Assembly (NCBI GenBank): GCA_040954595.2
Contig: CM082585.2
Coordinates: forward strand, 12,266,341 to 12,330,340
Length of the DNA stretch: 64,000 nucleotides
Reading direction: 5' to 3'
DNA from: Balanoglossus misakiensis
Taxonomy: Eukaryota; Animalia; Hemichordata
Each line of letters opens with the position of its first letter. The first letter of the stretch is position 1. Both the position numbers and the translations under genes were made by a program. The notes beneath the pieces are model-generated. The model was not told the origin of the DNA and searched no databases. It saw only the letters and a program-made list of their open reading frames with translations. Below, in pieces: positions 1-12,911 of the stretch.

Positions 1-3000
1 TCGCAGATTCTCTACAAACGTATTCGAATCAATATCGAAAATGTAATCACGGCATTCAAAAATAGACCCGTTACATTCAAAATATTTTGACTCGCAAAAT
101 TTCCGATGACTGAGATAATTTGGCGTTGTGAAGTTTTTTTACCGGTCAGACAAAATTGTATTTTGTGTTGCGCCTAAACACCGCCAAGTTTGATGACGTA
201 TTCCTAGCCGTCCGAGTCGAAGACTCGGATAAGAAACATGATTTTGAATTTTCCAAATTCCTCAATAAAAATCGAACAGATGCAGATGAAGCGTAGATCA
301 ATTTCTCATCAGATAGGAATTTTTATGGTCGAAATAATAATCATCTTTTGTTTATAATTAAGTTTTATTGTGAGCATTAAAGTATAATTCAACTCGTTTC
401 TTGGTGCGATCGAGCTGCAATATTTGATATGGCCCAGTAACAACGAAAGCTAGTAACCATCAAAAGTAACCATCAAACAGGCCCTATTTTGAATGTAAAA
501 CTGTTTTAGCTTGATCATCTGGCTATTGAAGGAGGAGTATAGCTGTAACTTTTAAGACATTTACTCTGATCAATTATTTCCATGAGCATTTTCAGTCAAC
601 AGTGGTAGGACGCAGAAAGAAAAACAAACTTGGACGTATCAAGCTTCGCGATTTGTAATCAAACTCGTGTGTTTTTACATTATGATGGTAACAGGCAGTT
701 ACTGTTACTTTGTCAGTTATCTGTTTATTAGTAGGATAGCAACGTTTGTGCTGAGAAGAAAAATAGGAGTTTTTATGGCAACAAAAAGTTCTAGGTGTAA
801 TTTAGACATTTAGACGTAAACTGACTGTAGCCTGCGTTGCTAATTGAAAGGTGAGCCGTGAATTCGTCACGGTACTAAACCCCTAAGGCGAGAGATAATC
901 GGCCAGGGCCCTGCTCTCTCGCTCTCTCTTTCTCTCAATATCATATGCATCTATTCATATCCTTAAGTTTATTCTCTGTCCGTCTGTCTGTCTGTCTGTC
1001 TCACTCTCCCTCTCCCCCTCTCTCAGTAAGACAAGACGACTGAAACACTTCGATTGCCAGACTATGATAACCCCTACACACAGTCGGACTGCACGCATGC
1101 AATCCTTCCCCTTGGTCGCTATTTTCCGAACGTTCGCCCCTGACCGCAAAACGCCTCGGTGGTCAGCAGTCTTGAATCTGAAAAGGCAATTCCGGACACA
1201 CCTAGAAAGAGTAATGATATATAAAAACAACTCCTACGTTTGATAGGACTATCCTACATTGTAATGTTGAAAAGCAACAACAAAAACGTCATAAATGACA
1301 AAAAGCGCGGTGAGCACTGGTTTGATTTTATTACGCCGGAACTGAAGTCTTCGGTCTGTGTGTCCCTATAAACAAGTACCTTTACAACGTTGCCCTTCCG
1401 AAAAAAGGGATTCATTTTACATATCTATCAAAAAACTTCACAGAACTATTATCCAGACCCAACGATACAGCGCTAACATCCCTGTGCGTCACCAGATTCC
1501 TTGATTTATGACTCCGTACGAGTCGAGGTGGATCTATTTACGAATTTATCATAAATTATTGTGACCACTTGTCTGACCGTTCACCGTTTTTCAACCGCGT
1601 GTAATTCCAGTGATAACTGTCATATTTCCCTCATTTGGAATAGAACTGTGTTTTGGTACTTCCCTCAGTAATGGCACATACCAGCTGCGATATGGGAGTG
1701 TTTTATTTGAGTTTTGAAATTTATCAGGACAGGGGGTCAAGCTAAAGTTTTGCCGCAACCAACAGGTGTGGATGCCGTGATTTAGTGCGGAATGTGAACG
1801 CACTACCCATGAATCATTTCGGCTGTCAAGGGTTTGAAGATTGATTTGTAATAGACTCCTCTAGTTGCCAAATATCCCGTATGTGGTTACATGGGCTACT
1901 AATCAGCAATAAGCATATTTGTTCAACTTCGAGAAGGAGTGAGAGCTTACACAAACATTGCAGAACGAGAAAATAGCTTCAATTTTCCTGGCGAGGTCTG
2001 TGTCAAACATTGGACGTTTGAGCATCTTCTTAATTCTGGTTTCAATTCTGAAGCGAATTTGAATGTTTTGAGAAGGCGGAGTCGGCTAATAATGCAAGGC
2101 TGTGATTTACAAGTAACGGTAGCTGTGTCAAGTATGTGCTAAACTTTACTTATGGGTACACAATAAACAATGCAAGCAAGTCTATAAAAATTCCAGAAAC
2201 GGCAATAATGTCCGTTTGACACATTTTCTTTATATTCTCGTTTTGACGACCGTTGCTACTTTTCGATTGTCGTCGTTACGTTTTAGAGTGAAACGTAAGA
2301 CAGGATATTTTTGGCAATTTCGAGTTGAAAGTATGCGACTCTGAAGGATGACAAAGTTCAACCTTTTCGACTTGTATTGATCACGTCACCTTCTATTAGA
2401 TTGTTAGACCAGTGGTGTGTTCGGTGGAATCGGTTTCACTTGTTCAGTTGGCCAATCACGTCGATGCTTTTTGCCCCTGTTTCATAGACAAACTGTACGC
2501 TTGATTCGTTATTACCCTGACTGGTTGGCGAAAAAATGCAGTAGGCCTACAAGTATATCTCAGGGTTCATTTGTTGCAGTCTCGAATCAATCGTGTGTTC
2601 TCTGCTTCTAACAAACCAATTCATTTCCACGGGACAATATGACGCAGTTTAGATTCTATAGACTGCATTCTCTGGTAAACCGATCACGTCAATAATAGAC
2701 AGCCATGAGAAGAAGGTAGATGCAAAACACCGGGTCAATAACCCCTCAAACTAAGACCTTAGTAGTTAATTTGTGTTCTGGCCATGACCAACACCATGAC
2801 GCTAAAGTAACATGTAAGTTGTCCTACGGAGTTTTTTGGTATTTTGTCAAGAGTGCGGCGCGTGGAATTCGGGTAAAATGTACGTGGCGCTAATTGGAGC
2901 CCAGAGTCGAAATGGGACGGCATGTTTTCTCTGTCCGTGTCGAAGCTTCTAGCGGAGCCGTGAAAAGTTTAATCCGCTCTCCCTCACACCTGCAGAAGGA

Positions 3001-6000
3001 GGTTCTTTCGGCCAACTGACCAATCACAGACGACCTCACCGGAATAATACATGTCAGGAATAATTTGAAGCTTCAATGATGAGTTCATTTTTTTCTCTTC
3101 CAAAAGGAGTCTGCGATTTTATTAGATGAAAGTATTTGCATTGCTGATCAGATGAGGTCACGTGGAGGACCGACTCAGTGGGAGGGTTTTGGAGTTGCAT
3201 GTGAAAGTCACCCTTTGTAATGTGAGAACACCCCTAATCCATATTTAATGGAATCGCGCATGTTGGGACTGAGGAGAACGTTACGGTTTCCCAGTCCAAG
3301 CGGCTTGTTCCCTCTAATTAGTGACTTAGTGTGTTGTTTCTTGTTCATGGCGAATTTCTATAAGTTCTACGGTTTCAGTCCCGCCAGGTGACAACTCAAA
3401 AATGACTGATTCGTGTTGACAATCGCGCTAGTTATAGTCGCGGCTGTTTGCAAGCTTGTAGCCAGAGAGGCGACCTTATCACTAACGAGACCAGATCATG
3501 CCAACCATCAACCCGGTATGGCGTCTGGGAAACAGAACGCGCTGACATCTTGGTGTGCTTTCAAAACATTTTCTCAAAGAAGCCCCTGTTTCGAAGAAAA
3601 ACATCAGTATTCCGTCAAATGACAAATAAAAAACACTGATAGTGTGACATATACCCGAGCAGAAGTTTACAAAAACGCAGTTCACGTGTCATCATGTTTT
3701 GGAATGCGCACGTTACAGACAGAGATTAGACCAGCGACATGTGACACTGAAATATTGATTCACAGTGATGGCATTTACAAAAACTGGGATTGCAGCGATA
3801 GATTATCCCAGACAACAGTTGTGGTGTTTGGGTTCACGTTTTATAAAATACAGACATCACTACCTACCACAGTCAAAAACGACATTAAATATCAGATTAA
3901 ACAGGATGTTGCCAGTTTTGATCAAACGGAAAAGATTCCAAGACATTTGTACACCTGACTCGACCAATGAAACGAGCTTCATGGTGTGAGTGTGCCCCTA
4001 AAATGGAAAATAGCAGAGACAAGCCGTTTTAAGCGAAATCTGAAGTTCAAAGAAAACGGCTTTTTTGTCGATTCTGTGGTTACTGTAGACACGTACTGTC
4101 TCACTCACGGACTTGTCTGTCAATTGGAGAGGTGCGTAAGCTGATCAAAAAAATCTTCTCAAAACCTAAGCTGATGATGTAAATTTACACGAGTATTTTG
4201 TGGGTACTGCGAATGAGGTTACATTTTGGTCATCTTAGGGGAGTTACAGTCGCAGTAACATCTGTCATTCATCTCTGTGCGCGCGCGCTCTCTTTCTCTC
4301 GCTAAGGGGTCTCGGTTACGTTACTTCGTCTTCCCATGAAGTTGTCTGGGGACGTGTTATGTAACAACGCCAGAACTAAACCAACAACCACCTCCGCGAT
4401 AATTGATGCTAATTATTAATAACAAATAGTTTAATTTGATTTGGTGCACCGTTACTGGCTGGATGTCTCCCGGGCGAACAGTGGCCCGTTGGCCAGAGGG
4501 TTTCTTGCGCTGGTCGCCTTACAGTTAAAACTCAGTGCAAACAACCAGTAGAGCAGTTCGGAAATATGATAAATGTCCTGACATCGGTGGGAACAAAATG
4601 CTCGTCTGCTCATCAACCCATTTGGGGGGGGGGGGGGGGGGTTGGGGGGGGGCTGATGTATGGAAGGTTTCTACGCTTCGATGCGCGCAGATCTGAAGTT
4701 CTTAAAATGCGTCTCCAGAGTGGCTCATAATGTTGTCAGTGAGTTTGACTGCTGTGGTTTAACAAGGTGGATTTTCTTACTGTGTCAGTTTTCCTTTTTA
4801 GTTTATGCTTCTTGTTGTGGTTTAATGCCGTGTATCTGATTCTCGTCACTTTTCTGTCTCTTAGAGCAAGAGAAAAAGATCAATATAAACCTCTGAAGTA
4901 CGAATTAAGTTGCTTTTCTCTTACGCGCCAGTCTCCGAGCAAAAGTAACTACGTACACGCTAGCTCCTAAACTAACTCGACAAGATTTATCGTTGAGTGG
5001 AAAGCTATCGCTGGCCAAACAGACTAACATCTTTGCTAATTTATAGGCAACAATTACAGAGACGTTTCGCGAACGACCAATCCCGTCTCGTCGGTAGCAA
5101 CGCCGTAAATTACTCAGAACGAAGACGCGCCCTTGACGATGTCAATCACGAGGACGCGCAGTCTGTGCGACACAAGAACGTACAAGTTCTGTCTCCGCGG
5201 GGAATCTTAGAAACAAGACGTTTTGGATGTCTCTGGCGGAACAGTCCATGAAGCTAGTTTCGCCAGGGACTACATTAGACCACAATTCTATGTACTTAAG
5301 CGTGACCCCAACAACCCCGGTCGAAGCAATCTAGTGCGACATTTCGATGGACATTGATCGATCGACTCTGCAAAGCACTCCCGGCCCGAGCAAAACAAAA
5401 TGCAACCGTGACTCTCTGAGCAGAGAGAAAAAATCGTGACAATTATGCAAGAAAAAATTCCCATGCTCTTAACGAGACCCGAACAAAGAAGAAACTACAC
5501 TCAGATAAAGGATAGGTCGAGTTAAACAAGTTCGTTTGTTCTTAAACATAACGGACTCTTGTTAATCAGCCTGGTTTAATTTCTGAATACTGAAACTGTT
5601 TGTTTAGTTTATGGATGGGAGGGGATGTCACCGTATATCTTTGTTGAAAAGAAATACATGCTTGGTTACTTTGGTAAACTATCTATTGGCCAATTCCGAA
5701 GCTGCTTGTCCAACGAGTCGGGAAAACTCGGGATTCACGAAGTTGTCCAACATCATTGTATGTCTAGTGTCAAAACGCAATGCCGAAAGCCAATTATTGC
5801 GTATGAAAGTGAACACAAAATCAACTTGAGTTGCACAGTTAAAAGAAAACATATTGACTACGATAGGGCTGTCTGCAACAAACCTTGAGATTCCGCGCAT
5901 TGTTTCCAGAAAATACTCTTGAGTTTTGTATTCTAAAGCATGAGTGTAAATGAAGCTAGTGGTTGCCATGGATATAGCAATTGTTGGGGCCAACCTATGC

Positions 6001-7441
6001 CAGATATGTGGGAGTTATTTGAATCAAAACGGAACATGAGAGCAATTTATCGGAGTAAGTTTGTCTTCGCTGCCTTCTCCGCTTTCAGCTTCTGTAAACT
6101 GTCAATCATTGACGCTACCAGTTTGTTTCTACTGTCGAGCAGTAACAGTGTTAACAAGTTCACACCTTCGCTGTCTCGGTTTCTCTGCAACTTGTCTGTC
6201 AGTTCGCTTGTTCAGTTGTCCTGCTGTCAATCTGAGATAAAACATCACCTTCAATCCGGCCTTGTTGGCGATTTACTCTGACAGCTAAGGGGACCTATAT
6301 GATCTTGTTGGTCGTCCCTCCTTGTCACTGACCCTTGTATCTGCAAACAGCGATCAAAGTTTATCTCGCAGTTTGAAAACTGCTTTATTTTATTCATGTA
6401 GTTTTTTCTAAAAAGACCTACTCTAAGTTTATAGACGATAAGATATTAACATTATATCGTGGAACTGATCACATGGTCCATGCAGCGGTTTATCTCAATT
6501 GAATGTACATGAAACTCTAATGACTGGTTCAAGTCACTCGACTCGTTGTTGAACCGAACTCTTTGGCACAATGCCGGACAAGACATGCGCAGTTATGCGA
6601 CTGCAATTTATCAGATACCAGACAAAGATCATATTTCCCGAGAAAGCGATGAAAATGTTACCGTTAAAATTATATTTATAGCAATCATAGCATAAGATGC
6701 GGCGTCTTTGAGAATATAACTTTCGTATCGTTTTGTGCGGCGCAACAATTATCGAATGTTTGGCCGGGCATATCGGCTCTTGTTGGCAGTGAAAGTAACG
6801 GACTGCAAATACCAAACATTTTCAACAGTGTCTTGGTCCATCACAAGGAATAATATACGGCTTATTAGAAAGCAAGTATATAGTAAAATTGAAAAGCAAA
6901 AAAAATCTAAGAAAATTAGGTATGCGAATCACTTCAGACCAGAGAAAATAAAACAGTGTCCAGCCTGTTTTGGCTCTTCCGGACGGCCAAGATTAAGCCA
7001 CGTGACAAGTCAAAAACGGTCAAAATCCGACCTTGTCGGATCGTGTGAATTCCATCGCATTCCAAGCTGTGCACAATTAATGAATGTTTGGCCATCGGGA
7101 CGCGTCGTTGTTTTTCTCTTTTCTTGTCTCATTTCAAACGAAAACAACAACAGCTTTTTTAAATAGCTCGGCTGCCCTTGCAAAAGGTCTGACGTAATCG
7201 AGCTGCTAAGTCTCTGCTCAACAATCGACGGGGGCTTCAAAGATAAAAAGATTCATTGACTAATTCCGACCAGATTTCCAACCTACTGAGAGTTGTTAAA
7301 TGGTCTTGTCTATCTATCAATTGACGAGCTTGTATGCAAAACTGTAGACAGACAGATAGACAGACATATATACATTTTGTGACATGGTTTTGCTATGTTT
7401 TTGATATGTTTGTTGACATTTGGTTTTTTGTTGATTTGCAG

Positions 7442-10101
7442 GTGATGATCTGTGGTAGGTTTGCTATAATATCGACAAAGTCGAAAAGCCAGGGACTGAT
7501 TCGTAATGTCCGGGTAAGTATTTCAGTTTTTATGCCTTTTATAGTCTTAGCATTTTCTCATAGGTATTGGTGGACATGTCATAACTCTGATTTGAGTCAT
7601 TCGGCACATAATCCTGTGATTTTTCCACGTTTTCATGATCGACATTTCAAAGACATCTTAGTTTGAAATTACTCCTATCAAAAAGTCGTTTTCCGGTTTC
7701 GGTTAAACGTTTTACAAGCACGGGACGATAAATTTCCACAAGAAACGATCAAAACATCTGGACTGAACGTGTCGCAATTGAAGAATCCGTTTTTCGCATC
7801 GAATAGGAAACGTTTGATGGTTAATAATGGTAGTGTCATTTTTCAAAAAGTTCATCAATTGTACGTACTTGCCCAACTTAAAATTACGTGTAATGTGAAT
7901 AATACAATATGGCTTATTAAATATTATGTATTCTCAATGCATTTTTATGAGATACATTTTTCTACCTGCTCATGTTACATAGGGTATATTTGAAAAATAT
8001 CGATGCAAAATGTGTTTTTATAATAGAAATTGATCGCAGTTCAGTCAGAAAACATAATACTCATTCGTCCAAGTGGGGTCTTGTTTTATAAGACTATTAT
8101 TTCGCCTCTTTTCCGAATCAAGTTTCATAATATGAGGTTTGCATGTGACAAATCGTTTTCACTGGTGTTTGATAACTTTCTACGGAGAAGTGTGCGAAAG
8201 ATTTTGCGAATACTGAACGGAAAGGGTTTGCATTCCAAACCACGTGACATAGATTTGCATCATTCCATGATCACATGTAGTGGTAAAGTTACAGTCTCGG
8301 GTATTACTTAATATTTTACTCATATTAAATTTCGAAAGTTGAACATTTCTGGCTATTTTGTTTCGTTTCTCCCGCCTTCTTGGCAGACACCGAATAATAT
8401 GAAAGTCGTTATAGGATGCGCTGTTTCGCAAACCTAGGAAAATCGTGTGTCAGTTATCCCAGTGTTCATTGCGCGTCTCTGAAGATGAGGCGAAGCGGAG
8501 TTGGCGTGCAGGCTTTGCTTGAATGTTTCTAATTATGCGGGTTCAAGGCAAGAGAGACCTAAATTGACACACAATCCTGTGTCAGATTCCAGATGGTATG
8601 TTTTTACAAGGCAAGAGAGACACCAGTAGCCAGCTCCTCAGAAGTGAAGTAGTTTTAATTTGCGCTTTCACAGGTCAGCACGTCCGCGCCATCGGAACAT
8701 TCTTCAAATCAAAGCCCCCTCGCTCCGTGAGTCACCGCAGCGCATAGATTAATTTCCTTAAAGAAACCGTTACATTATTAAAATTCCGACACGATGTCAA
8801 TGTAAAATCAATTACCCAAATATCTGCCATGTCAAGCTGTAAACGCTTTTTTGAGCGCTCCTCGCTCGATTTCCTTCGACTTTTCTACCCGTTCACTGAT
8901 CAATCTACCAGGAATACCAACATCATTACCACGACATTATGATTAGAATTATGAGAGTCCAATGAGAGCGTTGGATATTGTTTTAAGTAGATTTGACAAT
9001 GAACATACACAACACCCCCTCAACTGACTGACGTGGATGTGATGTCATCGCATGCTGTACAAGCTCGCCAATTGTTTTCTTCTAAAAAAGTGGCATTGCA
9101 TACTATCGGTCCCATGTGATAGTTGTTTTCTTTAAATAATTATGAGTACATGTGCGTACAAATTGTGTGAACATCTTGCTACATTCCAAACCGAAGACAA
9201 GTCAATTAGCAACTGTCAATCAATCTCATGCTTTATCAGTTCTGTGTTTTACTAATAAGAATTTGGAAACTTTCCAAGTGACACCAGAGTCGTGAGTTTT
9301 CATAAAGTGGGACTTGTACTGAAACCGTCGATTAAAATGTCGACTGTATTGCGCCTTGAACCGAGTTATTCCATAAATTCTTATTGTGCCAACATGAAAG
9401 AATGACCTTGCAATACATAGATAATTCTTTATAGTTAGTGTGATGTGATGTCATCCAGTTATGATTCTGCTCTGCAAAAAGAAACTTATAAGCCGCGTTT
9501 TATTGTTGATATTTTCAGCTGGCTCTGTTTTTAAGTTGCACGGTGATCTCTGTTGGTGTGTGTTCGTGTGCCTGTATCTTCACCTATCCGACGTGGATGG
9601 ACATCAGGCAATTTGGTTGCGTTCATGACGACGACGCGTCGGAGTGTGTGTGCGGCAGTGCAATATTTTCCCGGCTAGATTCCTGCCAAAAAATCACAGG
9701 TAAATGCACATAGGTGGCTGTCCTTACCCTTTTTACTTTGCTCACAGTACCTGTCGTATTCATAAAAGATGTCAAATTCAAATTAGATAATGGCAACTTT
9801 CCTTTTCTTGAACTCCATCTAGGTCATATTTATAGTTTACTCCTGACCAACCTGGTATTGTGCAGTCTTTGTATCAGTACAGTCGTCAGTGGGTTGATGC
9901 TTTCCTTATACGCATATAGTATATTTATCAGACAAATACCAGAAGATCCCACCGAGTCCCAGGTAAGCTGATTTGCGCCACCTATAGATTCATTTAGAAG
10001 GAGTAATCTTACTTTCCTCAAGTGAATGTATGAATGTATGTATAAAGTTATGAACTTCTATTGATTGATTGATTGATTCATTCATTCGTTCGTTCGTTCG
10101 T

Positions 10102-10184
<83 letters not shown>

Positions 10185-10568
10185 CTTTAGCTGTTAAGCA
10201 GCAGTACTGTTAACGGTAGCGGCACCGTTCTTTCAACGTTCACACCCGACGGAACGCTACAAAGGAACGGCTCGCTGTGCGGTGTCACCTTGCCCATCAT
10301 GTTGAACGGCAACACTAACAACAACGGAGGAGGGATGGTCATCCTTCCACCGACGTGTAGCGGGAAAATGCACGGTTGTTTGCGAGGAATTAGCTGTAAT
10401 GGACGAGTAGCTCTACCAAAGCACCTGCCAAATGTACCACCGAACGGGTACGCCAACGGATCCCTGAACAGCATCCGAGTGGCCCAGCCACACAGGACGA
10501 GGACGTGTTCGTGTTCATGCTCTGCCAGTTCGGGTCCGACATCTGTCGGTCAAGAAACGCAAATCTAA
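7442..10568 (+). CDS. Sarcospan/MS4A (CD20-like) tetraspan membrane protein, 3' exons only (5' exon(s) not found, probably upstream of the window)
   Basis: Phase-compatible GT-AG exons 7442-7513, 9519-9699, 9823-9962 and 10191-10568 translate to VMICGRFAIISTKSKSQGLIRNVR / LALFLSCTVISVGVCSCACIF (TM) / Cys-rich loop GCVHDDDASECVCGSAIFSRLDSCQKIT / GHIYSLLLTNLVLCSLCISTVVSGLMLSLYAYSIF (TM) / low-complexity tail ending QETQI*. The family call comes from topology and Cys spacing only. Confidence 0.6.
10061..10184. repeat. Compound tetranucleotide microsatellite (TTGA)(TTCA)(TTCG)(TTTA)n
   Basis: Directly visible; ends 6 nt before the acceptor at 10190. Confidence 0.9.
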
Positions 10569-12622
10569 TTGACGGTTTTGACAATTGAACGCATTGTCTG
10601 ATTTTCTTGGAAACTTATATACAGAAGATGGATTCTGAAAGAAACGTCACCTTGAAACCATGGCAATCTTTGTGATAACTTCTTATAGAAATATTGAATG
10701 ATTCTACTGCTTTGCCCATACTACGTATATGCTGCTAAGTCTCGAATTTTAATGCCGATGCTTGTTGATTTATACAACCAATTATCAACAGTTACCTTGC
10801 TTACGCTTTATGTAAATTAATTTGTGTTATTTTATCTTATATCTCATATAATTTTATATTTCGTTTTCTGTGTGTATATAGTGCTTTGAGCTATGGATTT
10901 CTCATTCTTTATTACCATGGTAACGCGGTGCAGCAAATATTGCTGATGTTACACAGACACGGTTTGGAAAAAAGGCAAAGCCTTCATTTTTTGTTGTAAG
11001 GATTCGTTCTACAAGTTGAAATTCCCACCAGAAGTAAGAAATGACATTTACAGTGAATCATGTACACTAGTAACCTCAAACTTGAAAACCGAATGGACCA
11101 AAGTACACCGATTTCATTTGCTGAGAAACTGCACAGTTTAGTATCTAAAGATGTTGCAAAATCGGGTTTGTTAGAATTGTATATGCACATGATATTATCT
11201 TATATGATAACTGCGCAAGGTTTTATTCCAGTTTAACTGATAGACCTGTTATCCTAAATAGAACAGACCCCTGCTCTTTGAGACTTCGGACTGTTACTAC
11301 GAAGTCTCGTTGCTTCTCGCGCGAACGGCTTATGTTTATGTCACGTCATACACTTACATTCTTTGTGGATCCAGTAAGATGTTCACTGTGGAATGGGGTT
11401 ACTTTTAAACATTGTATTATCGAAGAATGCTTGAAAATGACAAAGGACTAAAGTATTTCCATGACAACCCACCGAAGTCAAATTTATCTTATATTTAGAA
11501 AATGAGAATAGAAACTATTCATTTGTTCGAATCATCGACGCATGTTTAAATATACACTCTAATTTTAAAACGAAACTTCATATACTGCCAATGTTAAACA
11601 CGATAACGATGTCTGACATTTCTGTTTCAAAAAGTACTATATTTTTCCAACCAAAGTTATGTTGTGTAAATCTAGCCGTCTACGACACTGCATAAGGCTA
11701 TTTGTTTTTATAGGAAATCCTAGAAGCGTTTGGAATGATTTGTAAAATGTGATTTCTAGATTGGTTGAAATTGTTGTTGGCGTAGAACGTCTGTATATCT
11801 TATCATTTTCGTTGGAATTTTACAGATAACTTAATAAAACATTAAATGAAGCCGTAAAGAAGACTGTGTTTGTGTCATTGTGTGTGGAAGTGTCAACTGA
11901 GGGGAGGGGGGGGGGGGGGGGGGGCTAAAGCAAACTTGAATTGGCAGGGAACACCCTGTATCTGGACATGATTGTATTCAGCTATACTGGGTTAATAAAA
12001 AAACAAAAGCATAATGCTTCTGTTATTGTTAATGGCGCTGTATCAGTTACATTCGCTAACCTTTTTTAGTGGCTATGGCAGTAGCTCGAGATTTTGCCTG
12101 GTTTTAGTAGCTGGACGGTGAAACCAGAAGACAAGAAAATACACAAAAGTATTGAAAATCTTTATAAAGACAAAAAATCACCAAGCGACCAGCGGGCTAG
12201 TCTACCTGCATGCACCTATTGCACAGGCGAGAGAAATGTTGGTGGCGCTATAATATTTATAAAAAGTGTGACCTACGGACAGGTGACCCCGCGCGACCTG
12301 GGGACTTGGACAAGGCCAGAATGGTTGATTTGACCTGCTAGTAGTACCACATATTCTTCGGTAGTTATGGTTATGGGAGGAATTCCCTTCTACGAGAGCT
12401 CAGTTGGCTTGGTCAAGTTCATGTGACGGGATTTGGATCAAAATCACGCCTACGGTAGTGCCCATAGGTTGCAGTTCCACTGGTAGGCTGGTAAAACTGT
12501 CGAGTCATATCGTGAATTGGACAACTTGATAGGCATAAATAATTGCATGAACATTGTGAGAAAGAACACCTGATAACGCCAGTTCGGCGCGGCTGCACTC
12601 CATGTTGCATGTATATTCGTGC

Positions 12623-12865
12623 ATGTGTTTCAAGAAGATCATTCGTTCGTCGACGCTGAAGTTCCTCTGCAGACGAACATTGGCAGCTTCAACAGATAGC
12701 TTGCACACGGTTATTGGTAACCGTGGCTTGTGTAATTCAGCCTCGAAGAGTGACAAGATGTCGACGAGACTGGTAGATTATGTTGCCCCTTCTTGGGCAA
12801 GTCGTCTGCAGTGCATACCCAAACAAAAAGTGCAGGTAAGAAAACAACGAAATTTGTCATTTTGG

Positions 12866-12911
<46 letters not shown>

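Noticed and set aside
4624-4652. Poly-G runs (also about 11900-11924 and 61454-61467)
   Set aside because: Simple homopolymers with unreliable length; no evidence of G-quadruplex function.
6047-6340. Minus-strand purine-rich segment with an acceptor-like site and a 54-aa helical peptide (TSELTDKLQRNRD...KLKAEKAAKTNLLR) preceded by four in-frame TGA codons
   Set aside because: No open frame from the acceptor, no recognisable family and no SECIS seen. A selenoprotein or death-domain reading is unsupported.
955-7240. Many short ORFs of 60-143 aa in the left region
   Set aside because: No recognisable motifs or consistent splice structure; the number and length are what chance would give.
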